Below, piece after piece: positions 1 to 10,824 of a stretch of DNA of 64,000 nt (position 1 is its first letter; the number at the start of each line of letters is the position of its first letter). The stretch comes from Microcoleus sp. (lineage in GTDB: Bacteria; Cyanobacteriota; Cyanobacteriia; Cyanobacteriales; Microcoleaceae). The notes beneath the pieces were generated by a model, which was given only the letters and a program-made list of their open reading frames with translations, searched no databases and was not told the origin of the DNA. Both the position numbers and the translations under genes were made by a program. The stretch covers positions 64,001 through 128,000 of the forward strand of contig JAYFMW010000008.1 in the NCBI GenBank assembly GCA_042408215.1. The letters run 5' to 3'.

Positions 1-7
1 TCATGGT

Positions 8-115
8 AATTCGTAATTTAAAAAACTTCGCAATTCGCAATTCAAAATTCGTAATTCGCAATTCAAAATTCGTAATTCAAAATTCGTAATTCGTAATTCA
101 AAATTCGTAATTCGT
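8..115. repeat. Heptamer short tandem repeats (STRR-like; AATTCGT/AATTCGC/AATTCAA)
   Basis: Visible run of 7-nt units downstream of atpG; typical of filamentous cyanobacteria. Confidence 0.85.
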
Positions 116-182
116 ACCTCTGAGATACTATACCGATTAATTTTACATCCGATTTTGGCGATCGCAGAACGTTTGAGAAGTC

Positions 183-1085
183 CTACCTTTGCATCAACTC
201 AAAGCCTGAAATAATTTCTAGCAATTCACCTGTAATTGCAGATTGGCGTTCTTGTTGAAAACGACCATTAAATTCTGTGAGCCGATCTTCAATGTTTTTT
301 TCAGCAACTTGCATAGAAGCAAGACGGCTAGCATTTTCGCTCGCAAGAGACTCACCAAACGCCCGATAGAGCGAAATAAAGAAATATTGTCGCAATAGAG
401 ACGCAACCAAAGCATCGCTCGGCATCGTAAAAGTCGGTAGAGTCCGCGATTGCCATGTTTGGCTTTCGATATATTGCAGCCAAGCGCGATCGAGCGGCAA
501 TAATTGCAGCTTGTACGGCTCATAAAACGTATTGGAATGTAAGTGGTTGTAGAACAAGAGGATGCGCGCAACTTGCTGGCGATCGCGCCACGTAGCAATA
601 TGCAACAAAATTTCTTGCACCATTGACGTGATCCCCGCTAGGGAACTTGGCATGGCGAAAGTCTGCTCGATCCCATAGCCTGCGGTTTCTAAATGGGTGA
701 TCGGTCTTGAGCCGATCGCGAAAATCGCAAGTTGTTCTTGTGCGATGTTCAACTTCTCTAATTCGGCGATCGCATAGCGGCTAATCTGTTCATTAAATTG
801 ACCACACATTCCTTGCTCAGAGCCAAAGATCATCACGCCGCAACGACCAACACAGCAGGTCAAAAGGGCGCGTGGGTAACAGGCGGGGCGATCGCCATTA
901 GTATGTGTGGGCGCCATTGCAACGTGCAGAGCCATTTCGATGGTACGGTTATATTCAGCAAGGGAAGCCACCGCCTGTTCGTATTGATGGATATTTACCG
1001 CCGCTAATACTTTCATCATTTTCACTACGGCTCGCAGCTCTTCGGCAGTGTGGATTTGGCGTTGGAGAAACTCAAGAGATGACAT
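183..1085 (-). CDS. atpG: N-ATPase (alternate F1F0) gamma subunit
   Basis: GSEQGMCGQFN and SENASRLASMQ...RQSAITGELLEI motifs; position after atpA. Confidence 0.95.
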   Translation of the reverse strand: MSSLEFLQRQIHTAEELRAVVKMMKVLAAVNIHQYEQAVASLAEYNRTIEMALHVAMAPTHTNGDRPACYPRALLTCCVGRCGVMIFGSEQGMCGQFNEQISRYAIAELEKLNIAQEQLAIFAIGSRPITHLETAGYGIEQTFAMPSSLAGITSMVQEILLHIATWRDRQQVARILLFYNHLHSNTFYEPYKLQLLPLDRAWLQYIESQTWQSRTLPTFTMPSDALVASLLRQYFFISLYRAFGESLASENASRLASMQVAEKNIEDRLTEFNGRFQQERQSAITGELLEIISGFELMQR

Positions 1086-1087
1086 AG

Positions 1088-2653
1088 TTAAGCCCCTTCT
1101 TTTAGAACTATGGCGATCGCAGTTTCGGCAATCTTGAGTAGAGCCTCTCGATCGGCATCAGTCAATACAGATCCGCTTTCGATTTGCAGGCTCATATCGG
1201 GTAACTGAGTGGTCACTGAGCTCCGTCGAAGTGCGGATATGGCTTGGGCGATCGCTTGCTCGGCAATGGCAATTTTGGCGATCGGGACGCGATCGAATAA
1301 ACCTGCTGTCACCGAAAGCAACACCGCGATTTGCACAGCCGCCGCCATTGGTACATATTGCTTTTGTTTGAGAATTTCACGCACCCTTCGCCCACGTTCT
1401 AACGTGAGACGAGTCGATTCTTCTAAGCGCGTACCAAAGCGAGAGAAAGCCTCCAGTTCTTCAAATTGAGAATAGGAAAGACGCAAATCTCCAGAAACAG
1501 AACGATAGGCTGGGAGTTGAGTTTTGCCACCAACTCGTGAAACCGATTTACCGATTTCGATCGCCGGTAATACTCCCTTTTGAAAGAGAACTGGCGAAAG
1601 ATAAATCTGTCCATCGGTAATCGAAATTAGATTAGTTGGAATATAAGCAGCCATGTTTTGCGCTTCTGTTTCGAGGATCGGCAATGAAGTTAAGGAACCA
1701 CCACCACGTTCAGCATTGAGATGGGTAGAACGTTCGAGTAAGCGCGAGTGAATGTAAAAAATATCCCCAGGGTAAGCTTCGCGTCCGGGAGGGCGGCGCA
1801 TTAAGAGCGATAGTTCTCGATAGGCGCGAGCATGATTAGTCAGGTCATCGTAAACAATTAGTACATCGCGCCCTTGATCTGTAAAATATTCTGCCATTGC
1901 AGTCGCGGCATAGGGCGCGACAAACTGTAATCCTGGTGGTTCTTCTCCTGCTGCCATTACGACCGTTGTATAGGCCATTGCGCCCTGTTCATAGAGGTCG
2001 GCAATCAGCTTGGCAACAGCGGCACTGCGCTGTCCGATCGCACAATAGATACAGAGAATATTTTTGCCTTTTTGATTGATGATTGTATCGAGGGCGAGAG
2101 CGCTTTTACCTGTTTGGCGATCGCCTAAAATCAATTCTCTCTGTCCGCGTCCAATCGGAATCAGGGCATCGATCGCTTTGATCCCCGTTTGCAAAGGCAC
2201 ATTCACGGGCGATCGATCCATGATTGGAGGAGCATCACGTTCAGCGGGACGGCGCCCTGAAGTTCGCACCGCGCCTTTACCGTCGAGGGGACGACCGAGG
2301 GGATCGATCACTCTTCCTAATAGGGTTTCACCCACGGGGACATCGAGAACTTTGCCAGTGCGCCGCACTTCCGTACCTGACTGAAGTTTATCGCTAGAAT
2401 CGAGCAGAATTACCCCAACTTCGTCGGGATCGAGGTTAAACACCATCCCCAGACTGCCGCCAGCAAAACGGACAATTTCTTCTGACTGCACATGAGGCAA
2501 ACCAACGATTCTAGCAATTCCTTGCCCAATTGATTGCACAATCCCGATCTCTTGCGATCGCAATTTCGCTTGATGGCGATCGAGAACGCGATCGTAGAGT
2601 GCAAAAGTATCTTGTAAAACTGTCTGTAAAGCTTCTTCTGTTTGGTGCATCAT
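1088..2653 (-). CDS. atpA: N-ATPase alpha subunit
   Basis: Walker [28 protein letters not shown]. Confidence 0.97.
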   Translation of the reverse strand: MMHQTEEALQTVLQDTFALYDRVLDRHQAKLRSQEIGIVQSIGQGIARIVGLPHVQSEEIVRFAGGSLGMVFNLDPDEVGVILLDSSDKLQSGTEVRRTGKVLDVPVGETLLGRVIDPLGRPLDGKGAVRTSGRRPAERDAPPIMDRSPVNVPLQTGIKAIDALIPIGRGQRELILGDRQTGKSALALDTIINQKGKNILCIYCAIGQRSAAVAKLIADLYEQGAMAYTTVVMAAGEEPPGLQFVAPYAATAMAEYFTDQGRDVLIVYDDLTNHARAYRELSLLMRRPPGREAYPGDIFYIHSRLLERSTHLNAERGGGSLTSLPILETEAQNMAAYIPTNLISITDGQIYLSPVLFQKGVLPAIEIGKSVSRVGGKTQLPAYRSVSGDLRLSYSQFEELEAFSRFGTRLEESTRLTLERGRRVREILKQKQYVPMAAAVQIAVLLSVTAGLFDRVPIAKIAIAEQAIAQAISALRRSSVTTQLPDMSLQIESGSVLTDADREALLKIAETAIAIVLKEGA

Positions 2654-2665
2654 GCTTCCTCATAA

Positions 2666-2810
2666 TATCAATTCCGGTTGCACCGGAATGATTGTTTACG
2701 GTTTACCGTTGACTGTTAACTGTTAACTGTTTACGGTTGACTGTTAACAGTTAACAGTTAACAGTTAACTGTTAACTCAAATTTACTATTCCGATGCTAA
2801 CGGATTTGAT
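2666..2810. mobile_element. MITE-like repeat (ATATCAA..CCG / CGGATTTGAT ends) carrying GTTAAC(T/A) heptamers, between atpF and atpA
   Basis: Same ends as copies at 12380, 40190, 40478, 55121 and 58401. Confidence 0.7.
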
Positions 2811-2836
2811 CTAATTTGTCGAAGTCAACATTAGTT

Positions 2837-3628
2837 CTAAACCGTGACCGATTCTTCTGCAAAAACCGTAACTAAATTCTCGGTAATTGTATCTAAGTAA
2901 GCATCCATACTCCACGCTAGTTTATAGCCAGTGCCGCGCAATTCAATTCCACAAATTAGATTGGATTGGATTTCACAAGTCAGCGCGATTTTACCTGAAC
3001 CCACCGCGCTGAAGTAATCTTGCAAAACCCTAGCGATCGCTTCACAAATATCCGTCGGTAGCGTGAACGTACTCACCAACGTCAACGGAATGCTATCTGT
3101 TGTCGAAGCAGTTAACGTCGTCACCAATTCAGCACGCTCTGCTTCAGTTAGAGCGCGTAACCTCTGCAAAAATATCCTTGCAATCTGCGTTTCTAATTCC
3201 GACTCTGCCAAGTCAGTCAACACTCGCCGCACAGTTGTCTGTAATTGCTGGATGGTGCGATAGGATACCTCCCGCAAAAAAGCATCTCTCTGACGTTGGA
3301 GAATGGATTGCCATTGCGATCGCTCTGTCGCCACAGACTCCTGTATTTCTTTTAATAAGCGTTGGCGAGTTTGCTCCGCTTCTAGTTTAGCTTGGGTGAG
3401 CAATTCTGTCTGTTGATCTGCCAAATTCTGCTGCATTTCCTGATAACGCTCGACCTCCTCTTGTGCTTCTTTTTTTTGTTGAGATGCTGACAACAACCGA
3501 TCGCCGATCGTCTTTTCGCGGCGTTCCATTGCCTGGGTAATCGGTTTATAGAGCAGGCGTTGCAGCACAAAAATCAACACAAAAAAGTTGACTATTTGCG
3601 CGAAGAAAGTAAACCAGTTAATCTCCAC
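2837..3628 (-). CDS. atpF: N-ATPase subunit b with delta-like C-terminal domain
   Basis: INWFTFFAQIVNFFVL TM, coiled coil, LICGIEL C-terminus. Confidence 0.93.
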   Translation of the reverse strand: MEINWFTFFAQIVNFFVLIFVLQRLLYKPITQAMERREKTIGDRLLSASQQKKEAQEEVERYQEMQQNLADQQTELLTQAKLEAEQTRQRLLKEIQESVATERSQWQSILQRQRDAFLREVSYRTIQQLQTTVRRVLTDLAESELETQIARIFLQRLRALTEAERAELVTTLTASTTDSIPLTLVSTFTLPTDICEAIARVLQDYFSAVGSGKIALTCEIQSNLICGIELRGTGYKLAWSMDAYLDTITENLVTVFAEESVTV

Positions 3629-3632
3629 CTCA

Positions 3633-3941
3633 TCAGCCTCCTACTTTGGCGACTGCACCGATCGCATAGTTCCAAAATGGATTAGCAAATAGCAGAATTA
3701 GCGAGATCACAAAGCAATAAATTGCCACGGATTCGATAAAGGCTAAGCCCACAAATAAGGTGCGGGTAATCGTATTTGCTTCGTCGGGCTGTTGGGCGAT
3801 CGCGCTGAGAGCTTGAGCAACGGCTTTACCTTCACCGAGAGATGGGGCGATCGAGCCGATCGCCATTGTCAGACCCGCCGTTAAGATTGACACAGTGCCA
3901 ATAATTCCAATTAAAAGTGATAGAGATTCATTCTGAGCCAT
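3633..3941 (-). CDS. atpE: N-ATPase subunit c
   Basis: GEGKA..AIAQQPD..LAFIESVAIY..ANPFW; start taken at MAQNES (3941). Confidence 0.95.
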   Translation of the reverse strand: MAQNESLSLLIGIIGTVSILTAGLTMAIGSIAPSLGEGKAVAQALSAIAQQPDEANTITRTLFVGLAFIESVAIYCFVISLILLFANPFWNYAIGAVAKVGG

Positions 3942-4605
3942 GATGTTCGTTACTCGCAGAACCAATATAAACAACTGCTAAAATTGCGAAAATATATGCC
4001 TGAATTAAGCCGGTCAACAAGCCTAAAGCCTGCATAATGATGGGAAAAAAGAAGGGCGCGATCGAGATTAAAATTGCACCGATCATTCCTTCACTCATCA
4101 CATTACCAAACAATCGCACTGCTAGAGCTAAAGTCCGCGAGAGTTCGCTGATTATATGAAAGGGTAATAAGATCGGACTTGGTTCTAGGTAATGGCGGAG
4201 GTATTTCCAGATTCCTTGCTGACGAATACCAAAAACGGGAACAGCAAAAAATACGGATACCGCGAGGGCGGCAGTGGTGGAAAGTGAGCCAGTGGGCGGG
4301 TGATAGCCAGGGACGATCGCTAAGAGATTGGAGGTAGCAATAAAAATAAACAGGGTTCCCACAAAGGGCAAATAGCGATCGGGATTTTGTCCACTGGTTT
4401 GCTGAATCTGCTCGCGTAAACTGACAACCAAAACTTCCAGCAGGTTTTGCCAATGGGATAACTGCGGGTCAGTCGAGAGTTGGCGCGTCACCAGCCAAGC
4501 GCCCACCCCTAATAGTAGCACGATCATCCATGTGAAGACCAAAGTGGCGTTAATCGTCACGAATTCCCACTGCCAATAGACGATCGCATCTGAACTAATA
4601 TGCAT
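3928..4605 (-). CDS. atpB: N-ATPase subunit a
   Basis: SRTLALAVRLFGN, IQAYIF. Confidence 0.95.
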   Translation of the reverse strand: MHISSDAIVYWQWEFVTINATLVFTWMIVLLLGVGAWLVTRQLSTDPQLSHWQNLLEVLVVSLREQIQQTSGQNPDRYLPFVGTLFIFIATSNLLAIVPGYHPPTGSLSTTAALAVSVFFAVPVFGIRQQGIWKYLRHYLEPSPILLPFHIISELSRTLALAVRLFGNVMSEGMIGAILISIAPFFFPIIMQALGLLTGLIQAYIFAILAVVYIGSASNEHHGSE

Positions 4606-4900
4606 TGAGTCTCCTGGGTAATTTCTGCTGCAACTTGTTAATCATGCGATTGCGTACCCAAATGAAGGCGCCTACGCCAACGAGCAGATGCCAAATTGCG
4701 TATTCTTGGGCGATCGCTAGCACCAAGGCAAATCCGGCGATCGCGATCGCTAGTCGCCCAAAAAAGCTGCCAAACGTTAACAGAATCGGGTTTTGGGCTG
4801 TAGGCAATTTTTGCACCGTCATCCACAAGCCACGAAAGTAGAGATTTCCCAGCAAAATTCCTAATATGAAAGTGACAGGTAAAAAGAAGAGGCTGTTCAT
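4595..4900 (-). CDS. atpR: N-ATPase AtpR/AtpI-like membrane subunit
   Basis: GILLGNLYFRGLWMTVQKL..SFFGRL; directly upstream of atpB; start MNSLFF. Confidence 0.85.
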   Translation of the reverse strand: MNSLFFLPVTFILGILLGNLYFRGLWMTVQKLPTAQNPILLTFGSFFGRLAIAIAGFALVLAIAQEYAIWHLLVGVGAFIWVRNRMINKLQQKLPRRLNAY

Positions 4901-4974
4901 GCTAAATCTCCTAATATTAAGCTCCATTTTAGTATTGATTCCTGAAAAAGCCACACTTCGACTACACTCAGTAC

Positions 4975-5345
4975 ACCGCTTTTTAAACACAAGAGAAACA
5001 TTAACCAAACTAATCAGCACAGGAACTTCTACTAAAGGGCTAATCACGGCTGCAAACCCTGGGAAGCGAGTTAATGCCAAATAAGGCGATCGCCACAGCA
5101 ATTCCTAACTCAAAGTTATTATTGGCAGTCAAAGCTAGAGTGGCGGTTTTTGCATAGCCTGCTTTAGCACGCCATCCCATGTAAAAGCTGACAAAAAACA
5201 TCACCACAAAGTAGATAGTCAAGGGCATTGCAATCCTCACCACATCCCTAGGAATTTGGACGCTCAGATAGCCCTTCCAACTAAACATGACAAGGATCGT
5301 AAACACCCAGGCGATCGGCGTGATTGGGCTGATTTTAGCGGTAAG
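4975..5345 (-). pseudogene. acr3: ACR3 arsenite efflux pump, C-terminal fragment with frameshift
   Basis: [15 protein letters not shown] in one frame, [22 protein letters not shown] in another; N-terminal part absent. Confidence 0.88.
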
Positions 5346-5379
5346 AGGGGCGCTTTTTGCGCCGCCCCTCCTACCCTCT

Positions 5380-6378
5380 TTACAGCAGCAGCGTATTGAA
5401 TATATAGCCAACGCTGATAATGCCAACGGTCATTAACCCAACAAATACGGCTAATAGTTGAGGTTTCAAAACTTTTTTAAGAATCACTATTTCAGGCAGA
5501 GATAGTGCTGTTACTGCCATTGTGAAGGCTAAAACTGTACCCATTGGCATTCCTTTATTTACTAAAGCTTCGGTAATCGGCATTACACCCGCAATGTTCG
5601 CATAGAGTGGCACGCCCAAGATTACGGCGATCGGGACAGCAAAAGGATTATTCGCGCCTGCATATTTGATAATGAAATCTGTCGGCACATAACCATGAAT
5701 AAGAGCCCCGATCGCAATACCACCCACGACATAGAGCCACACCGATCGCACAATGGAGCTCGATTGGAACCTTCCTTGCTCAAATCTTTGACTCCAAGTC
5801 AGTGCCACAGGTTCTAGGTTGTCTTCATCTTCTAGAGGCATTGCTTGACGAGATTTTTGCAGTTCCCAAACAAATGGTTCTACCCATTTTTCTAGTTTTA
5901 GTAATCCGATGATGTATCCAGAGGCGATCGCCAAACCCACACCAAAACCGATATAGATCAGCGTCACTTTCAACCCAAACAATCCCCACAAAAGGATAAC
6001 AGCAACTTCATTTACCATTGGCGCTGCCATCAGATAGGAAAAGGTCACGCCTAAAGGCACACCTGCTTCTAAAAATCCGATGAATAAAGGAACCGCAGAG
6101 CAAGAACAGAATGGCGTGACGATTCCTACCATTGCAGCCAAAATATTTCCCGCAAAAGTGCGTTTTCCTTCTAGCAAAGAGCGAACGCGCTCTGGTTCTA
6201 AAAAGCTCTGAAATGTCCCAACAATAAAGCTAATTACAATTAGTAATGTTAAGACTTTTGGCACATCGTAAAGAAAGAAGTGCAGACTCGATCCTAAATG
6301 CGATGAAATCGACAAGCCCAAGAGTTGGGTGACAATCTGGGTTGCCAACCAATCAAAAGGATAAAATGGATCGAACAT
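5380..6378 (-). CDS. arsP: ArsP/DUF318 permease
   Basis: [23 protein letters not shown] motifs; multiple TM segments. Confidence 0.85.
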   Translation of the reverse strand: MFDPFYPFDWLATQIVTQLLGLSISSHLGSSLHFFLYDVPKVLTLLIVISFIVGTFQSFLEPERVRSLLEGKRTFAGNILAAMVGIVTPFCSCSAVPLFIGFLEAGVPLGVTFSYLMAAPMVNEVAVILLWGLFGLKVTLIYIGFGVGLAIASGYIIGLLKLEKWVEPFVWELQKSRQAMPLEDEDNLEPVALTWSQRFEQGRFQSSSIVRSVWLYVVGGIAIGALIHGYVPTDFIIKYAGANNPFAVPIAVILGVPLYANIAGVMPITEALVNKGMPMGTVLAFTMAVTALSLPEIVILKKVLKPQLLAVFVGLMTVGIISVGYIFNTLLL

Positions 6379-6390
6379 AACTTTGCCTCT

Positions 6391-6633
6391 TTAACGCTGC
6401 AATAAGGGCTGAATTTGTTCTGGACTGAGCACTTGACCTTTGCTGACGACTTTGCCATTGATTGTCATGGCGGGAGTAGACATCACACCTCGTTTAGCGA
6501 TTTCGATGGGGTCGGTAATGTGCAGAATTTCAGCATTTAAATTGAGATTAGTTACAGCTTGTTTGGCATTTGCTTCTAGCTGTTGGCACTTTTTGCAGCC
6601 TGTACCCAAAATTTCAATCTCGATCGCATTCAT
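6391..6633 (-). CDS. Small thioredoxin-like redox protein (MTH895/Thioredoxin_3 type)
   Basis: LGTGCKKC CxxC, GVMSTPA; usual partner of ArsP. Confidence 0.9.
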   Translation of the reverse strand: MNAIEIEILGTGCKKCQQLEANAKQAVTNLNLNAEILHITDPIEIAKRGVMSTPAMTINGKVVSKGQVLSPEQIQPLLQR

Positions 6634-6687
6634 GGCATAACTCCTTTTTTGTATTCTCTAATTCAGTTCAGCTAATGTCTAGATTCT

Positions 6688-7116
6688 CTAGACCTTTTTC
6701 TCAAAGTAAGTATGAGCAAAACTTCCAAGAGGACAGTTAGGCTTCTGGTCAATTCCCAAAGTCTGAAATTGCTCAAGATATTGCGCCTCTGTCCAGCCTT
6801 CTTGTTCGGCCAATACCAATAAGATAAATACGCCCGCCCGCAATCCAGAGGCACAGCGAGTATAAATCGGCTGGGGGGATGCTTTCACCGCTTGCTTGAA
6901 GGCTTCTAGTGTTTCGACGGTCAAGTTTTTGGGTGAAACGGGAACACTGACATATTCCAAAGCCTGTTCTTTCACCATTGACGCATCAAGCTGATTTCCC
7001 TCAGCAGCAGGACACAAATCAATGACAGTCTTATAGCCTTTTTGGGCAATTTCTTGCAAGGCTTCAGAATCAGCAAGAGAACCAATGGCGGGGGTATTGG
7101 TGATGGTTTTGAACAT
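6688..7116 (-). CDS. DUF442 phosphatase/sulfurtransferase-like protein
   Basis: GYKTVIDL and CASGLRA (Cx5R-like loop); start taken at MFKTIT. Confidence 0.8.
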   Translation of the reverse strand: MFKTITNTPAIGSLADSEALQEIAQKGYKTVIDLCPAAEGNQLDASMVKEQALEYVSVPVSPKNLTVETLEAFKQAVKASPQPIYTRCASGLRAGVFILLVLAEQEGWTEAQYLEQFQTLGIDQKPNCPLGSFAHTYFEKKV

Positions 7117-7154
7117 AATGACGCACTCAATAGATGATAATCTTGGTTGATTCA

Positions 7155-7186
7155 AATATAAACCCTATACCCATGTATAATGTCAA
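7155..7186 (-). promoter_or_regulatory. MerR-type promoter/operator
   Basis: Minus strand TTGACA-20 nt-TATATT with TATAC-N4-GTATA dyad in the spacer; adjacent to a MerR remnant. Confidence 0.65.
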
Positions 7187-7240
7187 GGGGTTTTTCAAAA
7201 TATCTGGTTTTTGATTTTGACGATCTTTAAGTAGGGTTTT

Positions 7241-7423
7241 TTATTGTTCTGTGTCAAGGACGAGGCATTGATAAGCTGGATCGGGATGGTCAAAGTTGGT
7301 TTTGCATTGCTCGACTAAAGGTACTAGCTCATCATGGAGCGATCGCAATTGGTCGATATTTTCCTCAATTGCCTTAACTTTTTTGCTGAGTCTTTCATAA
7401 ACAGCTTTACAGGTGAGTAGTTT
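7241..7423 (-). pseudogene. MerR-family metal regulator, C-terminal fragment cut by IS607
   Basis: CKAVYERLSKKVKAIEENIDQLRSLHDEL..C..C coiled coil with Cys residues; HTH missing. Confidence 0.7.
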
Positions 7424-7447
7424 CCGACACTTTTTTGCTAACAAACG

Positions 7448-8580
7448 CTAACAAACGTATAAGTTAAGAGAATCTCTAAACAAAGGCGTGTCAACCAATG
7501 CCTCGCCCGTGAAAATCCCGCGAGCACCATTTAGATCCCGATCCATCTTCAACCCGGTGGCTGCGGACTTAATAGTTCTAGCGCCACCTAGATTTTTAAC
7601 GATTTCGCCCGTCCACGACACAGTTTTCGATGTGTAAGCTTCGTTGCAGTCAATCACGAGTTTTGAATTTTCCCAAGCTTTCCACTTAAGAAAAATCTTA
7701 AATTCGTAATGGCTTAGAGTCAACATTTGTCTCACCGTTTTGTTTCTCAACTTACGGCGTGACTTCGACACCATTTGAGAACTCTCGAATGTAGGCAACA
7801 GGATTACATCAAAATTATCAACTAAAAACTTAGCTACTTTGTGATGTAACTCCTTGACCAGGCTCTTGATTTTGCAACGAAGCCTACTGACTGCTTTCTT
7901 GAATCTTTTTTTCTGCCGGCTGGGGGCTTTAGAGATTTTCGATACCAATTTGTCCAACCGGAAACACAATTTCTGGATGTGCAAATTAGAATCATTTCCG
8001 AGCCAACCATAGGAGCCTTCAGAAAAAAACGTCAGGAACGTGCGGACACCGGGATCTAGGGCAACTAGACGACCTTGGTTATCGGTCTTAACTTGTTGCA
8101 CTTCTTCAGAAACAACTAGGTAATATTCGCCGTAAGTGAGAGTCAATCTACCGTCACTAAAATTTGCAGGCAAGGCTTCTGTTAACTGAAATTTACCTAA
8201 AATCGAATGATAGACACCGCAGTCTTTTATAGCCGACTTTGGCACATAAATAGATTGTTTGGTGTCTTTTTTGCTGCGAAATTTGCATTTACGAAGTTGA
8301 CTATCTTTCTTGAAGCCTTGCTTAGCTGCTTTGACTGCTGAGCAAGCATCTTTGATGGCAATCGACTTGATTTGGAAAGGTACAGGTTTTGCCCATTCTG
8401 GCAAACTGTTGAGTATTCCAGTTTTGAGCGTCATCCAGTTAGCTTTTGTGCCTAGTTCTTGGAGGTATTTGATGGTCGCGTTGTAGACAAAACGACTCAC
8501 TCCAAACTACTGCTTGATTAAAGCTTTTTGTTGAGGATTTAGGAATAGACGGATCTTCCTTGATTTTCTTGCTGTAACTT
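7448..8580 (-). pseudogene. tnpB: IS607 TnpB with early in-frame stop
   Basis: KSRKIRLFLNPQQKALIKQ*FGVSRFVYN (TAG at 8507-8509); ALDPG and DRDLNGARGI RuvC motifs. Confidence 0.88.
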
Positions 8581-9106
8581 CTGAGCCCGTGCATTCTGCA
8601 ACGGTCGCCGTGAAGGATGGCAAGAAGATCGCTTGTGAGTTCGGTTTCCGGGCAGTGAACAGTTCGGTCGAGAACCATGATTTGTCCACCGTTTTGCCAG
8701 GCCATGAACTCGAATAGTTCAAATCCGAATCGACACAATCTGTCGCGACAACAACAACAACCGTGAGCTGTTCGCCGCGCATAAATCTGACCAGTAAGGC
8801 TTGCAATCCTTTTCGCTTAAAGTTGAGTCCCGACCCGATATCTTGGGTGATTTCGGCGTCGGGGTATTGCTGTCGCATGAAGTCAACTTGTCTAGCAAGG
8901 TCGTCTCGCTGCTTGGGAGAACTGACGCGACAGTAGCAAACAATGGTAGTTCCAATTGCACCGCGCTGGTAGGACTCGACATCGTAGAGTCGTTGCCCTG
9001 CTTCGTTTTTGATGCTTTTGATCTTCCCTTCGTCTGCATATTTTCTCAAGGTATGTGGATGCAATCCCAGAAATTCGACTGCTTTTCTGAGTGGGACGTA
9101 TGCCAT
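8535..9106 (-). pseudogene. tnpA: IS607 TnpA serine recombinase, frameshifted near 8745
   Basis: HTH start LGLHPHTLRKYAD, YCRVSS, DIGSGLNFKRKG; continues CRFGFEL..RMHGLRSY in another frame. Confidence 0.9.
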
Positions 9107-9204
9107 GCAGCCAATAGTAGCATATGTTAGTAAAAATTAGCAAATACTTTACTGTGCGTCAACCTCAAACCTAGCGAAGTTTATCGCTTTGTGTTGAGTC
9201 AAGA

Positions 9205-9284
9205 TTCACGGTGGTTAAAACCACCCGCGTCGTTTCCCTCTCAGGTCTAAAGACTCGCTCGTTTCCCACTTACCGAACTTTTTT
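9205..9284 (+). mobile_element. Right-end remnant of an IscB-type (IS200/IS605) element
   Basis: GTCGTTTCCCTCTCAGG..TTTCCCACTTACCGA..TTTTT closely matches 20245-20299; followed by ATGA. Confidence 0.75.
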
Positions 9285-9465
9285 ATGAAGACTTCCTTGG
9301 ATTGTATTCCCTGTCTTTTGCGTCAATCCCTAGATGCCGCTAGGTTAGTTTCGCCCGATCCCTCTGTCCATGAGCGGGTTATTCGAGATGTTCTGCATTG
9401 GACAGGGGAAATGGACTTAAACCAATCACCGCCTGCGATCGCCCAACGCATCCATCGGCGGTTAC
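9285..9465 (+). pseudogene. DUF89/ARMT1-like protein N-terminus, truncated by IS605 insertion
   Basis: MKTSLDCIPCLLRQ...SPPAIAQRIHRRL; does not resume after the element. Confidence 0.75.
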
Positions 9466-10824
9466 CAAAAGTTTGGGTCTAAAGCCCCGTCCTTCTAGGA
9501 CGGCTTTAATTTCTATAAAGTGTAAATAATTATTAAACCTACGCACTTTTTAAACACAGTGATTTGTAAAAATGATAGAATAATGGCATGATTGTACTAG
9601 AGTTTAAGTGAAAGAGCAAAGCGCAGCAAGATCGGATTATCGACGAAATGATCCGCACAGCTCAATTTGTCCGAAACAAAACTCTTAGATATTGGATTGA
9701 TCATCAAGGAGTTAAGTTGGTCGATCTATACAAACAATGCGCCATCATGGCTAAAGAGTTTGAATGGGCAGGAAAACTTAACTCGATGGCACGTCAAGCT
9801 TCGGCGGAACGTGCCATTTTTGCTATCCAACGTTTTTTCTCGAATTGCAAAGCTAAGAAGCCAGGAAAAAAGGGATATCCACAATTTAAAAAGCAAACTC
9901 GTTCCGTAGAATATAAGACATCAGGATGGTCGCTTTCTACAGACAAAAGATGTCTCACTTTCACAGATGGCTTTGCCGCTGGAACCTTTAGGCTACTTGG
10001 TAGTCGAGATTTGCACTTCTATGCACCTGGTGAAATCAAACGAATCAGAGTAATCCGTCGTGCCGATGGCTACTACGCTCAGTTTTGTATCGACGTGGAA
10101 CGGACAGAGGAAACAATTCCTACTGGCAAAGCCGTAGGGTTGGATGTAGGTTTAAACCATTTCTACACTGATAGCACCGGAGAAACAGTTTCTAATCCTC
10201 GACATCTCCGTCAAAGTGAAAAAGCTTTAAAGCGGTTACAGAAACGAGTTTCTCGGAAAAAAAAAGGTTCCAGTAACCGTAAAAAAGCAATCAATAAGTT
10301 AGGAAGGAAACACCTGAAAGTCAGTAGGCAACGCAAAGACTTCGCCATCAAGGCGGCGTTGTGCGTGGTGAAATCTAGCGATTTCGTAGCCTACGAAAAC
10401 CTTCAGATGAGGAATATGGTGAAAAACCATAAGCTTGCAAAATCAATTAGCGATGCAGCTTGGTCACAGACTCGATCATTATTTGCAATACTTTGGAAAA
10501 GTGTACGGTAAAACAGTAGTTGCTATTGCTCCTCAGTATACTTCCCAAGATTGTTCAAGTTGTGGGAATCTAGTTAAGAAATCGCTTTCAGTTAGGACTC
10601 ATGTTTGCAGTTGTGGCACTGTTCTAGATCGTGACCATAACGCAGCTCTGAATATTTTGGCGAAAGGATTGAAAGCCCGTGCAGGAATCAATTTAAATAC
10701 GGTGGGGCACACCGAAATTAACGCTTGGGGACAGACCGACCTCTACTCGTTGGTGGTAGCATCAACGAGCAAATCGACTGACTGAACCAAGAATCAAGAG
10801 TGCCTTCAGGCCGAGGAGTGTCAA
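9466..10824 (+). mobile_element. IS200/IS605 tnpB-only element
   Basis: TTAC target, left hairpin CCCCGTCCTTCTAGGACGG, right end GAGGAGTGTCAA. Confidence 0.9.
9588..10785 (+). pseudogene. tnpB: TnpB with early stop and frameshift (~10480)
   Basis: GLDVG, YENL, CSSCG..CSCG zinc finger, DRDHNAALNI split over frames. Confidence 0.9.

Larger units (their letters stand above)
7424..9160 (-). mobile_element. IS607-family element (degenerate); ends approximate
   Basis: Serine-recombinase tnpA overlapping tnpB. Confidence 0.9.
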
